A stretch of 63,048 nt of DNA, the filler included, from Octopus bimaculoides (lineage: Eukaryota): assembly GCF_001194135.2 (NCBI RefSeq). It is 11 parts of 11 records of this genome, joined end to end, with 100 filler letters (N's around TTAATTAATTAA, not from the genome) between each part and the next. Parts side by side here need not be neighbours in the genome. Positions count along the whole stretch, not along the records: positions 9,926 to 18,959 come from NC_069010.1; positions 19,060 to 33,904 come from NC_069004.1; 9 more parts are not named here. One strand, written 5' to 3'. Shown here piece by piece: positions 12,277-26,198 of the stretch. A model generated the notes under the pieces. It worked only from the letters and a program-made list of their open reading frames with translations. It was not told the origin of the DNA and searched no databases. The position numbers and the translations under genes are program-made. Each line of letters opens with the position of its first letter. Within the stretch, counting starts at the first letter, position 1.

Positions 12277-13007
12277 TAAGTACCAGGCTTTAGAAATAAA
12301 AAAAAAAAAGCAAACACCAGGATTGATTAGTTCAACTAAAATTTCTCTTCAAGGTGGTGCTCCAGCATGGCCACATTCTAATGACTAAAAACATGTGACA
12401 TGATAATGGATCCTACATTTGCAACATATGCAGTAATCAATCTAATTTCGTGTAGTAATATAACGATTTTGTTCCAAATCTCGGTAAAAGTTCGAATCAT
12501 TTCTTTCTGCTTCCTCTTAAATAATTTACAATTATTACAAATCAATTTATTCCGCAATGACATGCAAACACGAAATTCTTGCATATAAGTAAAAGTATTC
12601 GAAAACGTATGTGCAGAACAGATTTCCGTATCGCTGTCGTTGCCCCATATTGATTCAGCTTCATTAATCATTTTGCCAGAATAAACTAATGGCATAATGA
12701 CTGTCATGGTGCTTCTAACATAACAGAAAGCATAAAGAATCTTGATGTGGAGAAAAGTTAGGATTTAGATCACAGCTACCGATCGTTAATGAGCTAAGTG
12801 CTATTATAATCTACAGCTTTCAGTCATTTATTGTGCATATCTATTGATGATGTTTTAGTTTGTGACACAGGAAGTATTATTAAATACAGAAGGACGAAAT
12901 ACTTAGAGGTATTTTGCCCACCGTTACACTCCGAGTTCAAGTTCCACTGAGGTTGGCTTTGTCTTTCATCCTTTTGAGGTCGATAAATTAAGTATTGTTT
13001 CTATATA

Positions 13008-13167
13008 GGCGCAGTAGTGGCTGTGTGGGAAGTAGCTTGCTTACCAACCACATGGTTCCGGGTTCAGTCTCACTACGCGGAACCTTGGGAAAGTGTCTTC
13101 TGCTATAGCCTCGGGCCGACCAAAGCTTTGTGAGTGGATTTGGTAGATGGAAACTGAAAGAAGCCCG

Positions 13168-13204
<37 letters not shown>

Positions 13205-13804
13205 AACATATACATAGGAGTGGCTGTGTGACAAGTAGCTTGCTTACCAACCACATGGTTCCGGGTTCANNNNNNNNNNNNNNNNNNNNNNNNNNNNNNN
13301 NNNNNNNNNNNNNNNNNNNNNNNNNNNNNNNNNNNNNNNNNNNNNNNNNNNNNNNNNNNNNNNNNNNNNNNNNNNNNNNNNNNNNNNNNNNNNNNNNNNN
13401 NNNNNNNNNNNNNNNNNNNNNNNNNNNNNNNNNNNNNNNNNNNNNNNNNNNNNNNNNNNNNNNNNNNNNNNNNNNNNNNNNNNNNNNNNNNNNNNNNNNN
13501 NNNNNNNNNNNNNNNNNNNNNNNNNNNNNNNNNNNNNNNNNNNNNNNNNNNNNNNNNNNNNNNNNNNNNNNNNNNNNNNNNNNNNNNNNNNNNNNNNNNN
13601 NNNNNNNNNNNNNNNNNNNNNNNNNNNNNNNNNNNNNNNNNNNNNNNNNNNNNNNNNNNNNNNNNNNNNNNNNNNNNNNNNNNNNNNNNNNNNNNNNNNN
13701 NNNNNNNNNNNNNNNNNNNNNNNNNNNNNNNNNNNNNNNNNNNNNNNNNNNNNNNNNNNNNNNNNNNNNNNNNNNNNNNNNNNNNNNNNNNNNNNNNNNN
13801 NNNN

Positions 13805-13841
<37 letters not shown>

Positions 13842-14048
13842 ATGTGTTTGTGTGTCTGTGTCTGTCCCCCCACCATCGCTTGACAACCGATGCTGGTGTG
13901 TTTACGTCCCCGTAACTTAGCGGTTCGGCAAAAAAGAGACCGATAGAATAAGTACTAGGCTTACAAAGAATAATGTCCTGGGGTCGATTTCTTTGACTAA
14001 AAAGGTGGTGCTCCAGCATGGCCACAGTCAAATGACTGAAACAAGTGG
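13008..14048 (+). mobile_element. Two tandem S1 SINE copies separated by (TA)n, the second spanning a gap
   Basis: Heads at 13008 and ~13216; S1 tail at 13850-14048. Confidence 0.75.
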
Positions 14049-15329
14049 TTGGTAAGCAAGCTACTTACCACACAGCCACTTCTGCACCTAATACACAAAT
14101 AAAGAAATTTTATCCACGGATGCAGTGTTTAGCATTTATGTGTGTGTATATGCACACATACATGCACATGTACACACACACACATGTTCTGCTGTTTTGT
14201 ATCAAACTATATATGTTTTTCTGTTTGCAAAATCAAATTTGCATCTCTACATATATTTGTGTATATATGTGTGTGTATGTTTGCATGTACGTGTTTGTGT
14301 CTTAGTTTACAACTGGCCATTGCTGTCTCACTCAAGTTTATCGATGTCTCAATAGAAAGAAAAAAATAATAATAAACAAATGCTTCAAAGAAATTACATT
14401 AAAAAAGAAATATATTCTGCCAAATGTCAATTGGTTTGGGAATGTAGAATCACTCAGAACTGTAACATCCAATTTATAAGAAAATATTCACAGAATTACT
14501 TTATAAAAAATGCACAAAAACAAAATCAAAAATAAATAAACATATGTACTGCCAAAAATATTTTACTCTCAAATTCTTTTGGTACTTTTTCCAGAAATGC
14601 TTACTGTTTTTTTTTTTTTCCTTTCTTCAAGCCACAGTGAATACCCAAATTACTATACAGTAATTATGTAGATGAGCATTTTTTTTTTTTTAACTTTCAA
14701 AATACTAATTTACATAAATGCTGAATTAGGTATTTTGTCAGTAATTTTTCTTCATCTTTCAATGTGTATTTATTGCTGTTCTTGTAATCATTATTCCAAG
14801 ATTATTCTTAGATTTTTTTTCCTGTTTGAAACTGAAAAAGAAGAAATGGAAGAAAAAAAAAAGAAACGAAAAAAAAAATTGTCACATTTAACCTTTTCTT
14901 AGAAAGAAGAATGTGTTCTTATGTAAAATTTCAACCAACAAGATGGAAAAATTGTGGCTTGGAACTTGAACTATATACACACATTTATTGATATTCCATA
15001 CTGATCATGCCTTCGACTCTGTTTACCACTCTCTCTATTCACCTGTGTCCTCATCTCTAACCGTCTGTCACTCTCCTTTTTATGTTCTCATCAACTTACC
15101 TACCTACTCACCCTTTCCAGTCTTCTGTCCTGTATTGTGTGTTACTTGTCTTTTTGTACCTCGAGGGTACACCCTGTCTCTTCATATTCACTGACTCTCG
15201 TCTCTCTTTCCAATCTGTATAGCCATGTTTCTCTTCTGTAGCAAGACAACTGCTACTGTCCCCCTGTCATTACTTTAACCCAATGGTTCTCATCCATTTT
15301 TTATGCATGCACAACTTTGATTGTTATTG

Positions 15330-16470
15330 TATTCTGGTGGATCCCTTATAGACATTCACTGCTTAAAAACTAGTTTTATAGAATCTTCTTTCAAAATTCC
15401 TATTTTGTTTTTCACACATTAACTTCTGAAGGTTGAACAATGGAAAATGTTAGAGAAAGAAACCCAGCTGTTTCTTGCAATACATACCAACACATACATC
15501 TAAAGTAGGAGTACTCAACCATTTCTTATCTATGGACCCCTCTGATTACTATTTTATTCTGGTGGGTGCCCTTAGCCATTCGATGTTTAAGAATTAGTTT
15601 CATAGAAACTTCTTTCAAAATTCCTATTTTGGTTTCCACACATTAACTTGTGTAGATTAAACTATGGACAACACATACATCTAAAGCAGGGGTTCTCAAC
15701 CATTCTTTATCTATGGACCCCTTCGATTACTATTTCATTCTTGTGGACCCCCATAGCCATTCGATGTTTAAGAATTAGTTTTATAGANNNNNNNNNNTAC
15801 TCAACCATTTCTTATCTATGGACCCCTCTGATTACTATTTTATTCTGGTGGGTGCCCTTAGCCATTCGATGTTTAAGAATTAGTTTCATAGAAACTTCTT
15901 TCAAAATTCCTATTTTGGTTTCCACACATTAACTTGTGTAGGTTGAACTATGTAAAATGTTAGAGAAAGGAACCCAGCTGTTTCTTGCAATACATACCAA
16001 TACATACATCATCTAAAGCAGTGGCCCTTAAAATACTATTGTAGATCCCCAATTTATTATCTTGTTGCATGGAGTTCCAGAAACCTTATATGAACCCTGG
16101 TTGAAAACCACTGTCCTTGATGGATTACCTCCCATTGACTAGTGAAATCCATCTGCCTTTGACAATATTGGATGGCTGTTGACTTTCATGGGTACCTCCA
16201 CCCTTTAATGGCTCTTGTTTTTCATCCCATAAGGTGTCCAAAAAATCTTTCTCCTCACCAAGAAAACAAGCATGGTGAGGTTGCTAGTTTAATCACCGAT
16301 GAGCCGAGCATGCAACAGGTTATGCTGGATTATATGTTACCAGTAGCGCTAGAGCAACGTGTGTGTGTGTGTGTGTATTTGTATCCTTAGAATACTATTG
16401 TTGATCTCTAATTTACTATTTTGTTGTGTGGACCTCCAAAAATCTTATATGGCCCTTCAGCAACTAGCAG
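15330..16470. mobile_element. Cluster of tandem/partial hAT(Charlie)-like MITE pieces
   Basis: TIR-like caggggttctcaacc (15687) and ggttgaaaaccactg (16099-16113). A ~145-bp block is repeated at 15512 and 15799 across a small gap. Confidence 0.55.
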
Positions 16471-17221
16471 CCAAAAATACAAGACTAATATCGAGGAATG
16501 TGAGTACTTGGTGGCTGAGTATAAACATTTTTGGAAAAAAAATTTGTACAAAACCAACAACATTAAATACGAATGATTACTGTATGGAGACAAGATAAAT
16601 CTTATGTTAGCTATCTTAAGTATGCAGTAAACAAGTAGAAAAATAAATTGAATGTCTGGGAAAGGAATGGAACAGAATGCTTGGAGAAAGAAGAAAATTT
16701 GATAAATGACAAAGAAAAAAAAAAAAGGAAAATTAAGAAAAGCATGAGGTAGCTTTTTTTTTCTTTTTTTAGGTGTAGCTGTGTGGTAAGAAGTTTGCTT
16801 CCCAAATCTATGGTTCTAGGTTCAGTGCCACTGTGTGGAACCTTGGACAAGTATTTTCTACTANNNNNNNNNNATATATATATATATATATATAATCTGT
16901 GTGTATATATATGTGTGTGTATATACATATATATATGTGTGAAGATATATATCATTAACTAGAATGAAGATTAACACATCTTTAATACATTATGTAGAAA
17001 GCCAACATGTTTTTCTGTTGCATAAGCACCTTTGGATATCATTGTTCAATGTCACGATATACAAGTGAGTCCATAATGAATCTCTTGTGATACCAGATAT
17101 ATCCAAAAACTTATGCAGACGTAATGTTTTGGAGACAGCCCTCCTGCGCAGAGATCGAACAATAACTCAAAGTTTAGCATCAGAACAAGAGCTCTAAATG
17201 CGAGTGTGTATGTGTGCATCT

Positions 17222-18109
17222 TTCTTATTTCTTTATTGCCCACAAGGGGCTACATACAGAGGGGACAAACAAGGACAGACAAAGGGATTAAGTCGATTAC
17301 ATCGACCCCAGTGTGTAACTGGTACTTATTTAATCGACCCCAAAAGGATGAAAGGCAAAGTCGACCTCGGCGGAATTTGAACTCAGAACATAACGGGAGA
17401 CGCCCGGCATGCTAACGTTTCTGCCAGCATGGCACCTTATGATGCACACACTTATTCTTTGTAAGCCTAGCACTTATTCTCTCGGTTTCTTTTGCCGAAC
17501 TGCTAAGTTACAGGGGACGTAAACACACCAGCATCGGTTGTCAAGCGATGTTGGGGGGACAAACACAAACACACAAACAAATACACACACATACATATAT
17601 ATATACATATATTCGACGGGCTTCTTTCAGTGTCCATCTACCAAATCTACTCACAAGGCTTTGGTTGGTCCAAGGCTATAGTAGAAGACACTTGCCCAAG
17701 GTGCCACACAGTGGGACTGAACCTGGAACCATGTGGTTCGTAAGCAAGCAACTTACAGCACAGCCATTCCTATGCACACACACACACACACACACACANN
17801 NNNNNNNNNNNNNNNNNNNNNNNNNNNNNNNNNNNNNNNNNNNNNNNNNNNNNNNNNNNNNNNNNNNNNNNNNNNNNNNNNNNNNNNNNNNNNNNNNNNN
17901 NNNNNNNNNNNNNNNNNNNNNNNNNNNNACATATATATATACATATATACAACGGGCTTCTTTCAGTTTCCCTCTACCAAATCTACTCACAAGGCTTTGG
18001 TTGGTCCAAGGCTATAGTAGAAGACACTTGCCCAAGGTGCCACACAGTGGGACTGAACCTGGAACCATGTGGTTCGTAAGCAAGCAACTTACAGCACAGC
18101 CATTCCTAT

Positions 18110-18146
<37 letters not shown>

Positions 18147-18295
18147 TACACGATGGTCTTCTTTCAGTTTCTGTCTACCAAATCCACTCACAAGTCCATA
18201 GGCTATAGTAGAAGACACTTGTCCAAGATGCCATGCAGTGGGACTGAACCTGGAACCATGGGATTGGGAAGCAAGCTTCTTACCACACAACCACA
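17222..18295 (-). mobile_element. SINE cluster (one S2 and several S1 copies)
   Basis: Reverse complements of the S2 and S1 consensus seen elsewhere in the window. Confidence 0.75.
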
Positions 18296-18570
18296 CCTCT
18301 GGTTGATGTCCATGAATGCTTGTACATGTAGATTGAGTAAATATTTTGATAAAAACTGGTACAAAGCAAACGTGAATGATTGTAAAGAGACAAATCTTGT
18401 ATTAGTTTTTGAAGTATACATTCGGTAAACAAGAAGAATATAACTGAACGCCATGTAATTGAATAAGAGTGGATATGTTGGCAAAGAACACAGTATGATA
18501 GATGTGGAAAAAAAAAAAAAAAATTAAAAATTTGATAAAAGCATTATGTAATTTTTTTATTTATTTGTCA

Positions 18571-18958
18571 TCAGTTAATGTCCTCATCGCTGTCATCATT
18601 TGCCACCGACATCACCACCATCATCACATACTTCGTCATCATCATCATCATCGTAATCGCCAGTAACAGCATCATCAACACCACCACCACCACCATCATC
18701 ATCATCACCACCACTATCATCATCCACCTCCTCCCCCTCCTCCTCCTCCTCCTCATCATCATCATCATCGTCGTTGTCCTCACCTTCACCACAAGCAGCA
18801 GCACCACCACCACCACCACCATCATCATCACTACCACTATCATCATCATCCACCTCCTCCTCCTCCTCCTCCTCCTCCTCATCATCATCATCATCGTCGT
18901 TGTCCTCACCTTCACCACAAGCAGCAGCACCACCACCACCACCACCATCATCATCACT
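18571..18958. repeat. Compound trinucleotide (CAT/CAC/CTC) array with a ~130-bp higher-order duplication
   Basis: The block ...atcgtcgttgtcctcaccttcaccacaagcagcagcacc... occurs twice. Confidence 0.8.
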
Positions 18959-19087
18959 ANNNNNNNNNNNNNNNNNNNNNNNNNNNNNNNNNNNNNNNNN
19001 NNNTTAATTAATTAANNNNNNNNNNNNNNNNNNNNNNNNNNNNNNNNNNNNNNNNNNNNACACACACACACAATACACACACACACA

Positions 19088-19120
<33 letters not shown>

Positions 19121-19148
19121 ACACACACACACAATACACACACACACA

Positions 19149-19190
<42 letters not shown>

Positions 19191-19690
19191 GGTGCAGTGT
19201 ATCGCATTGAAACAAAATGTTAATATAGCAGTAGAGTTGTTATATAATTGCATCGTTTATATATAGTCTTACAGAAACACACACACTTACACACACACGC
19301 GCACACACATATACATACATACGTATGTATATCTATGTATATACATACATATATTATGGCCGGTCATAGAGTGACCGTTGGTTTTGCAGCCATAAAGCGC
19401 TTAGTAGTATAGACGACACGTCAGACTCAAATGGCCATTTTGAACCTGACTTCCGCAAATGGAAATGAATCAACCACTTTCGCTCCCACACCGTAAAAAA
19501 GCAACTGCTAATAATATCCAAATACAACGCTACCACATACGAACTCAATTCAATAAGACATTATTAAGAGAAAATGTATTGAATTAGCATAAAAAAGATC
19601 TTGAATCCTTCACGCGCCATACTGCCAAATTGGTCTATAGGTGCGAAACCAGAAATAATGAGGCCAGAAGCAGTCTAGCAAAATATCTCA

Positions 19691-21163
19691 CTAAACTAAT
19701 TTAGCTGCTACATTTCTGTTTGTGCCGCTGGGATGAACAGATGAGCCAGATCCTTCAGAAATTGCCCAGTCTTGGATCTCAGCTTTTACCAATATTGCAA
19801 ATAATATCGCACCAGATACACATATAGCGGCACATAAGGCAAACACGATCTGCCATTCTTCTTGTGTACCGTTTGGGGTTAAAGCTTTTGTAGTTAAGGA
19901 ACTGATACTGCCCGACGTTGAGGCAAAAGTGTTTGCAATTCCAAATATAATACCAGCATAACTTGGAGCTATGTCACTGTTATTGACAAGAACACCACCA
20001 CTGGTAAATGATATTATTATACCACTGAGAAATAAAAGGAAAGTTATTAGAACGGTTTGATTACATTTGAGGAACCCTACCACAACCAGCAGACAAGCTG
20101 AAACAATCAGAGCAAATATTTGGAATAAAATCCGAACAGAGCGAGTTGACAGACATTTCTTTGAACGTATAAAATCTGCAAATTTTCCACACAGCGGTAG
20201 AGCTATGATTTGTCCAACCGAAGGAGCAGACGACATTAAACCGTTGGAGGTTGTTTTAACCTGTAAGGCTTCTTTCATATAAAGGGGTAGCAATGTCTGG
20301 AAAGAAATATCGGTCCAAGCATAAGCAAACATACCTAAGTTGATTGCCCAAACAGCCGGCGAGATCAATAGCCGTTTCCATGGTACTTTTCTAACTACAC
20401 TTTCACATTTTATAGTTTTGTTTAAGTACGAACGTTCTTCTTCACTAATAGTAGGGTGGACGTTTGGATTATCATAAACAACATAAAACCACACACAACT
20501 AAACACTAACGATATTCCACCAAATACATAGAATATAGAACCCCATCCATTATCAAATCCATAAACACAGAGGTAACCTGCTGTTGAAAGACCTACAATG
20601 TTACCTAGAATTTGACCAGCAAATGCAAAACCTATCAACAAACCTATCTCTTGTGGAGGTCCCCAACGTCCAAATAAAGAGTGAATTGCTGGTGATAGCA
20701 ACCCCGATACTGCACCTGTTAATATCCTTAAAACCAGAGTAAAATATCCACTAATTCGAGACAAACTTGGGTGAAGAATGGTCAGGATGGATGCCGAAAG
20801 AAGTGAACCTCCTAAGACTCTTTTTCCTCCGTATTTGTCAGATAATAAACCACTCAAAATGTTGGTTGCTATAAACCCATAAAAATACCCAGCCAACATG
20901 TTTGCTTGTAACGTGTCGCTCCATTCTAATTCCCCTCCAAAATCTCTGTCTACAGAATGATTACTTAGACCGGAACACTGTTGGTTATTTGCAGTAACGT
21001 TAACGTCCTCCGTTGTACGATGAGGTGTTTTCAACATACAAACAAAAGCCATGCTTAGGTCAACTCTTAAAGTTTGTAGCAGAAGAAAAGCAACAACACA
21101 GGCATAACATAATCTCCATCGACATGAACAACAACGCTCAACACAAATGGTAAACTTCGACAT
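19691..21163 (-). CDS. SLC17/sialin-like MFS anion transporter, copy 1 (490 aa from ATG; intronless CDS)
   Basis: Open frame with ~12 hydrophobic segments: TM1 'LRVDLSMAFVCM', 'DKYGGKR', 'GWGSIFYVFG', 'VPWK', 'DIAPSYAG', 'EWQIVF'. The track's TTG start is 9 codons upstream of the ATG at 21163. Confidence 0.92.
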   Translation of the reverse strand: MSKFTICVERCCSCRWRLCYACVVAFLLLQTLRVDLSMAFVCMLKTPHRTTEDVNVTANNQQCSGLSNHSVDRDFGGELEWSDTLQANMLAGYFYGFIATNILSGLLSDKYGGKRVLGGSLLSASILTILHPSLSRISGYFTLVLRILTGAVSGLLSPAIHSLFGRWGPPQEIGLLIGFAFAGQILGNIVGLSTAGYLCVYGFDNGWGSIFYVFGGISLVFSCVWFYVVYDNPNVHPTISEEERSYLNKTIKCESVVRKVPWKRLLISPAVWAINLGMFAYAWTDISFQTLLPLYMKEALQVKTTSNGLMSSAPSVGQIIALPLCGKFADFIRSKKCLSTRSVRILFQIFALIVSACLLVVVGFLKCNQTVLITFLLFLSGIIISFTSGGVLVNNSDIAPSYAGIIFGIANTFASTSGSISSLTTKALTPNGTQEEWQIVFALCAAICVSGAILFAILVKAEIQDWAISEGSGSSVHPSGTNRNVAAKLV

Positions 21164-22239
21164 TATTATGTCCTCTCTACAGATTCTCAATGTTTTGCTG
21201 GAAGTTAAATGTTTGAAAGCATATTAATCCGTGAGTGATATATTAGACTAGAAGACAATTGCAGCAGTTTAGGAACTTTGCTTTGGTAACTTCGTTGATT
21301 TGTTTAACATAATTTCTTTACATAAAAGATGTTTGTTTTGTTATCAAAGTGAATATTTAATTGAATGAGATGTGTTCTCTGGAAATGAGGATGAAGATGT
21401 GTTTAGTACATTTATGTTTCTCAGTACATTGATACAATTTATTATCGATAATCATGGACTTCTTTATTCAATCTCTGTAAAACCAAATATCGATATACAT
21501 CAGTTATGTTTGATTTAGTAACTTTTTCCGTTTCACCTTTACTAAGAAATAGAGAATATCACGTAAAGGTAAGAGTACAATCAAAGTGCTGAGTTGTGAC
21601 AGAAAGATACAGAGAGCAGAGATTCAAGGACTCTGATGTGATCGCTAATGTTCGGGACAGTAATTGACTTCCAATTCTTTCTTTCTCTGCTCTATAGATG
21701 ATGCTTCTTAAATATAAAAGAAACTGCTAAAAGATATATGGAAACCGACCTGTAAGATCAGCATAAATTTGATAGAAAAATTTGATAGAAAAATCCCAGA
21801 AAGTTGTGTTTAGTCTTTGATTATCTTTTATATTAGCTCAGTTTACCTGTGTACTGGCGTTTACAGGGTAGTTCCTAGTTCTAGTCCAGGTTTAGTCATT
21901 TAGTAATCCATTTCTTGTATTTATAATGTGGCAGAAACTGAAGATCCAGGTTTAGGAAATATCAGTTCAGTGACAAATGTCGGTGGACAGAATTGGTGAA
22001 GTTGAGAAAGAAAGTTCTTTGTATAATTCTTTATGTCTCTCAAAGTTCTTAGTTGAAACTGGATTCAGGCGAAAGTGGTACATTCACTGAAATGCGAGTA
22101 ATCAATAGTAAATCTTTAAGACCAATGTTATATTTTTCATTACTGATAAAATTAACAAAATTGCAGGCATTTGTATACATTGTATATATATATTAAAATA
22201 AGGATCCCGATATTATACATTTGATTTTATATATATATG

Positions 22240-22296
<57 letters not shown>

Positions 22297-23667
22297 NNNN
22301 NNNNNNNNNNNNNNNNNNNNNNNNNNNNNNNNNNNNNNNNNNNNNNNNNNNNNNNNNNNNNNNNNNNNNNNNNNNNNNNNNNNNNNNNNNNNNNNNNNNN
22401 NNNNNNNNNNNNNNNNNNNNNNNNNNNNNNNNNNNNNNNNNNNNNNNNNNNNNNNNNNNNNNNNNNNNNNNNNNNNNNNNNNNNNNNNNNNNNNNNNNNN
22501 NNNNNNNNNNNNNNNNNNNNNNNNNNNNNNNNNNNNNNNNNNNNNNNNNNNNNNNNNNNNNNNNNNNNNNNNNNNNNNNNNNNNNNNNNNNNNNNNNNNN
22601 NNNNNNNNNNNNNNNNNNNNNNNNNNNNNNNNNNNNNNNNNNNNNNNNNNNNNNNNNNNNNNNNNNNNNNNNNNNNNNNNNNNNNNNNNNNNNNNNNNNN
22701 NNNNNNNNNNNNNNNNNNNNNNNNNNNNNNNNNNNNNNNNNNNNNNNNNNNNNNNNNNNNNNNNNNNNNNNNNNNNNNNNNNNNNNNNNNNNNNNNNNNN
22801 NNNNNNNNNNNNNNNNNNNNNNNNNNNNNNNNNNNNNNNNNNNNNNNNNNNNNNNNNNNNNNNNNNNNNNNNNNNNNNNNNNNNNNNNNNNNNNNNNNNN
22901 NNNNNNNNNNNNNNNNNNNNNNNNNNNNNNNNNNNNNNNNNNNNNNNNNNNNNNNNNNNNNNNNNNNNNNNNNNNNNNNNNNNNNNNNNNNNNNNNNNNN
23001 NNNNNNNNNNNNNNNNNNNNNNNNNNNNNNNNNNNNNNNNNNNNNNNNNNNNNNNTATATATATATATAATCAAATGTATAATAACATACGATGGATGAT
23101 TGTCAGCTCATTACAGCTGTTCTCATTCTTTTATTAATGAGCTTATAATTGGTTGGTTTTCTCTGTGTACACATCCGGAATGTCCTATCTGAAACTTACC
23201 AAACATATGCCGGAAGCACAGGTTTATTCAACCCTACTGGTACATATCTTTTTAAGTACCTGATTCTATCGGGATTCTTATTTTAATATATATGTATATT
23301 TATACATCGTTGTCGAATAAAATAATGGAAAATCCCACTTTCTATTTTTCTATTAGCAGTATGACAAATTAAATCCTATTCTAGTCCGTATATGTACTAA
23401 CATGTATTATTAACGTATCGTATATCATGTTATTGTCTTCTTTTTTTCATGTTTTGCAGATAATGCGTGACATATCTGATTAACAGAGAAAACAGATAAT
23501 GAGAGCACGGATGGTTGGTGCAAATGCACTTCAGGTCATGTAGATTCCGATTCAATTGGAATTCATTGTGAAAACCGTTTGTCCCAGAAAGAGTTTTAGA
23601 AAATTCACACCATTAGGCTTTGTTGTGTATATATATCTATATATACGTATTGCTTTAATTATATCTT

Positions 23668-23723
<56 letters not shown>

Positions 23724-24712
23724 NNNNNNNNNNNNNNNNNNNNNNNNNNNNNNNNNNNNNNNNNNNNNNNNNNNNNNNNNNNNNNNNNNNNNNNNNNNNN
23801 NNNNNNNNNNNNNNNNNNNNNNTATGTAACAAATTATGCTTTACATTTCTATATTTAGCTGTGCGTGTATATTCCTTATTTATGATTCCGCTGTCTTCTG
23901 TCTTTCTATTAGAAACGTTTACCTGGGAATTTACTTAAAGTGAAAAAAAAAAAAAATCGTATGCAACAGATAAGTCGTTTTAATAACATATTTCTGTGTA
24001 CCAGATCTTTAGCTGTTATTTTTAGCATAACGAGTTTTCTGGTGAGGGCTTCATTTGCTTTCATTGCCTGTTTGTTGCTTCAGAACTAATCTACGGATGC
24101 ACAAACGCCTCAAACGGAGAAAATGAGAGAAATATGTTCCGAAACACCCCTATCCATTTTCTTGAAAGTTAAGACGAATTGAAGTGGACTCCGGTGAATT
24201 TTTGGAAATCTGCGACCCCACCCCTCCTAAAACACTTTCCTCCAAAATGTTGTATATTCGGACTCTACATTATATAACACATATTCGGAGAAAATTTCAT
24301 TAAAAAATATCCATTTTTCTGAAAGTTATGATCATCCAAAGTTGGTGGGGGTGGGAAGACACAAATTTGTAGTTATGCCATATATATATACACACGCGCG
24401 CACACGTACTCACTCATACACACCCATACGCACATACACACACGCACATATTCGTTCAGTGTTAATTACTCAAAAGAATGGTAAAAACTAATGATATTTT
24501 ATTTTGGTTGAGTCAGTCTTTTGCTACTCTGAGTTTCACCTGTAGGTGCACAAGATCTTCAGATAGGTTGAGTCACCTCAGAGTAAGAGGAGACTGCCTC
24601 AACCAAAATAATGTGTGTGTGTATGTGTGTGTATGTGCATGTACGTGTAAGTATGTGTGTATCTGCAAGAACATATATGTATATGTGTGTGTTTGTGTTT
24701 CTCTTTACTTAC

Positions 24713-25242
24713 CGTTTCTTTGTCATCTTTCTCACGTCTGTCCTTGACCTTCGTATACAATGGCACCTGTGATCGTTGTCAACTCAAGCTACAACAGAAC
24801 CTGAACAAATTCTGTCCTTCATTCGGTATCTATTACTTTCCTATGAATGCCTTGATGTCATATAATCCTCCAGTGACAGAATTACACGCGATTTAATTGT
24901 TAACGCTCAGTAATCCCTGAAATTCCAAGTCTATGGTAGACTTCCTTCCACCTACGACAACACTGTCTTCAATTATATTTAGCGCATCTTATAGACCTAC
25001 TGCATCAAGTAATATATGATCTCATAAGACAATAAGGAATGGTCTTTTAACATTAAAGTCGCTTATATTGACATGAAAATTACAAAATATCCACACTGCC
25101 AGGGTCTGAGTGCGTGAACACGTTAAAGGAATCATTTATATATAACATAATCCTAGGCCAGATGTCGTCTGTTACACAATACTTTCATTTGTCCCAATTG
25201 ATAAATATACATAATTAGATAAGATATTATGTTAACTGAATA
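24713..25242 (-). promoter_or_regulatory. Putative upstream (mostly 5'-UTR) exon and promoter of SLC17 copy 1
   Basis: Donor ACG|GTAAGT on the minus strand at 24713/24712. The block is near-identical to 29643-30180, upstream of copy 2. Candidate acceptor TTCCAG| at 21198. Confidence 0.5.
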
Positions 25243-25270
25243 GCATATATGCATACACACGCATATACAT

Positions 25271-25830
25271 ATATATACACAGGGTATCTAAAAAATGTAT
25301 ACACATATTGAATGAGTATGTAATCTGTTTATTAAAATACATTGATAACGGAAACCAATGGAGTCGCAAAAACCAAGAAGCCTTTCGTTCGGTAATTGTG
25401 CGCATTCTTGTGTCATGACTGCTCTCAATTCATCCAGTCATCTTTTTAATACCTCCGTCAAAAATTATCGCGCTGTGAGGTTCATTGAACGTGGAAGGTA
25501 TTCTACTGAAGTTGTCTAATTCACCTGTTCGGCAAATCTTATTAAATTTGTTTCTTATATTACTAGAGTAGTGTCGAAGAGGCTCTCTTGCTCGAAATAT
25601 AACTCAACATCTTCAAAATACTTTTGAATGCTTGGCATGTTAGACAATCGTTATCATTTAACGGTTTGAAGCCGTATATTCAACATACAGGAACTGAACA
25701 CATAATTGTATATCTTTAGCCAACTCTGATGAAATTCGAATTTTAAATGGTTTTAATTTTGGTAATTAATTTCTAAGGTTCTGGAATCGAAACAGCTGTC
25801 AGAGATGGTGTCTACTTTTTAAATTAATAA
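25271..25830 (-). mobile_element. Internally deleted Tc1/mariner relic
   Basis: TIR-like cagggtatctaaaaaatgtatacac. Minus-strand 'LPRSMNLT' (cf. WPPRSPDL) and 'DELRAVMTQEC..LP'. A diverged counterpart lies at ~30222-30440. Confidence 0.5.
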
Positions 25831-25863
25831 ATAATTATTTATTATCTCTATTTTCCTATTTTC

Positions 25864-25951
<88 letters not shown>

Positions 25952-26032
25952 TGTATAAATACTTATATACTCATAATATATATGTATATGTGTGGGTGTG
26001 TTTGACCTATATATATGTGTTTATATATATAT

Positions 26033-26078
<46 letters not shown>

Positions 26079-26198
26079 TGCTTTATACATACTAATAAAT
26101 GCATATACTTACATATATATATGTTAGAGAAAAATTTAAGCACACCTGTGTAGTACTAAATGATAGTATTAATGTCATATGTCATCTGGCAGAAAAAG

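Noticed and set aside
17610-18125. Tandem duplication of a SINE segment across a gap
   Set aside because: Near-identical sequence on either side of an N run is most simply a haplotype or overlap artefact.
21800-22150. Block conserved with 28300-28620, tested as a hidden coding exon
   Set aside because: The frames I translated contained stops, and there are indels between copies. Explained by the gene duplication.
23460-23535. AG...GT-bounded segment resembling an exon
   Set aside because: Stops in all three frames and no supporting homology.
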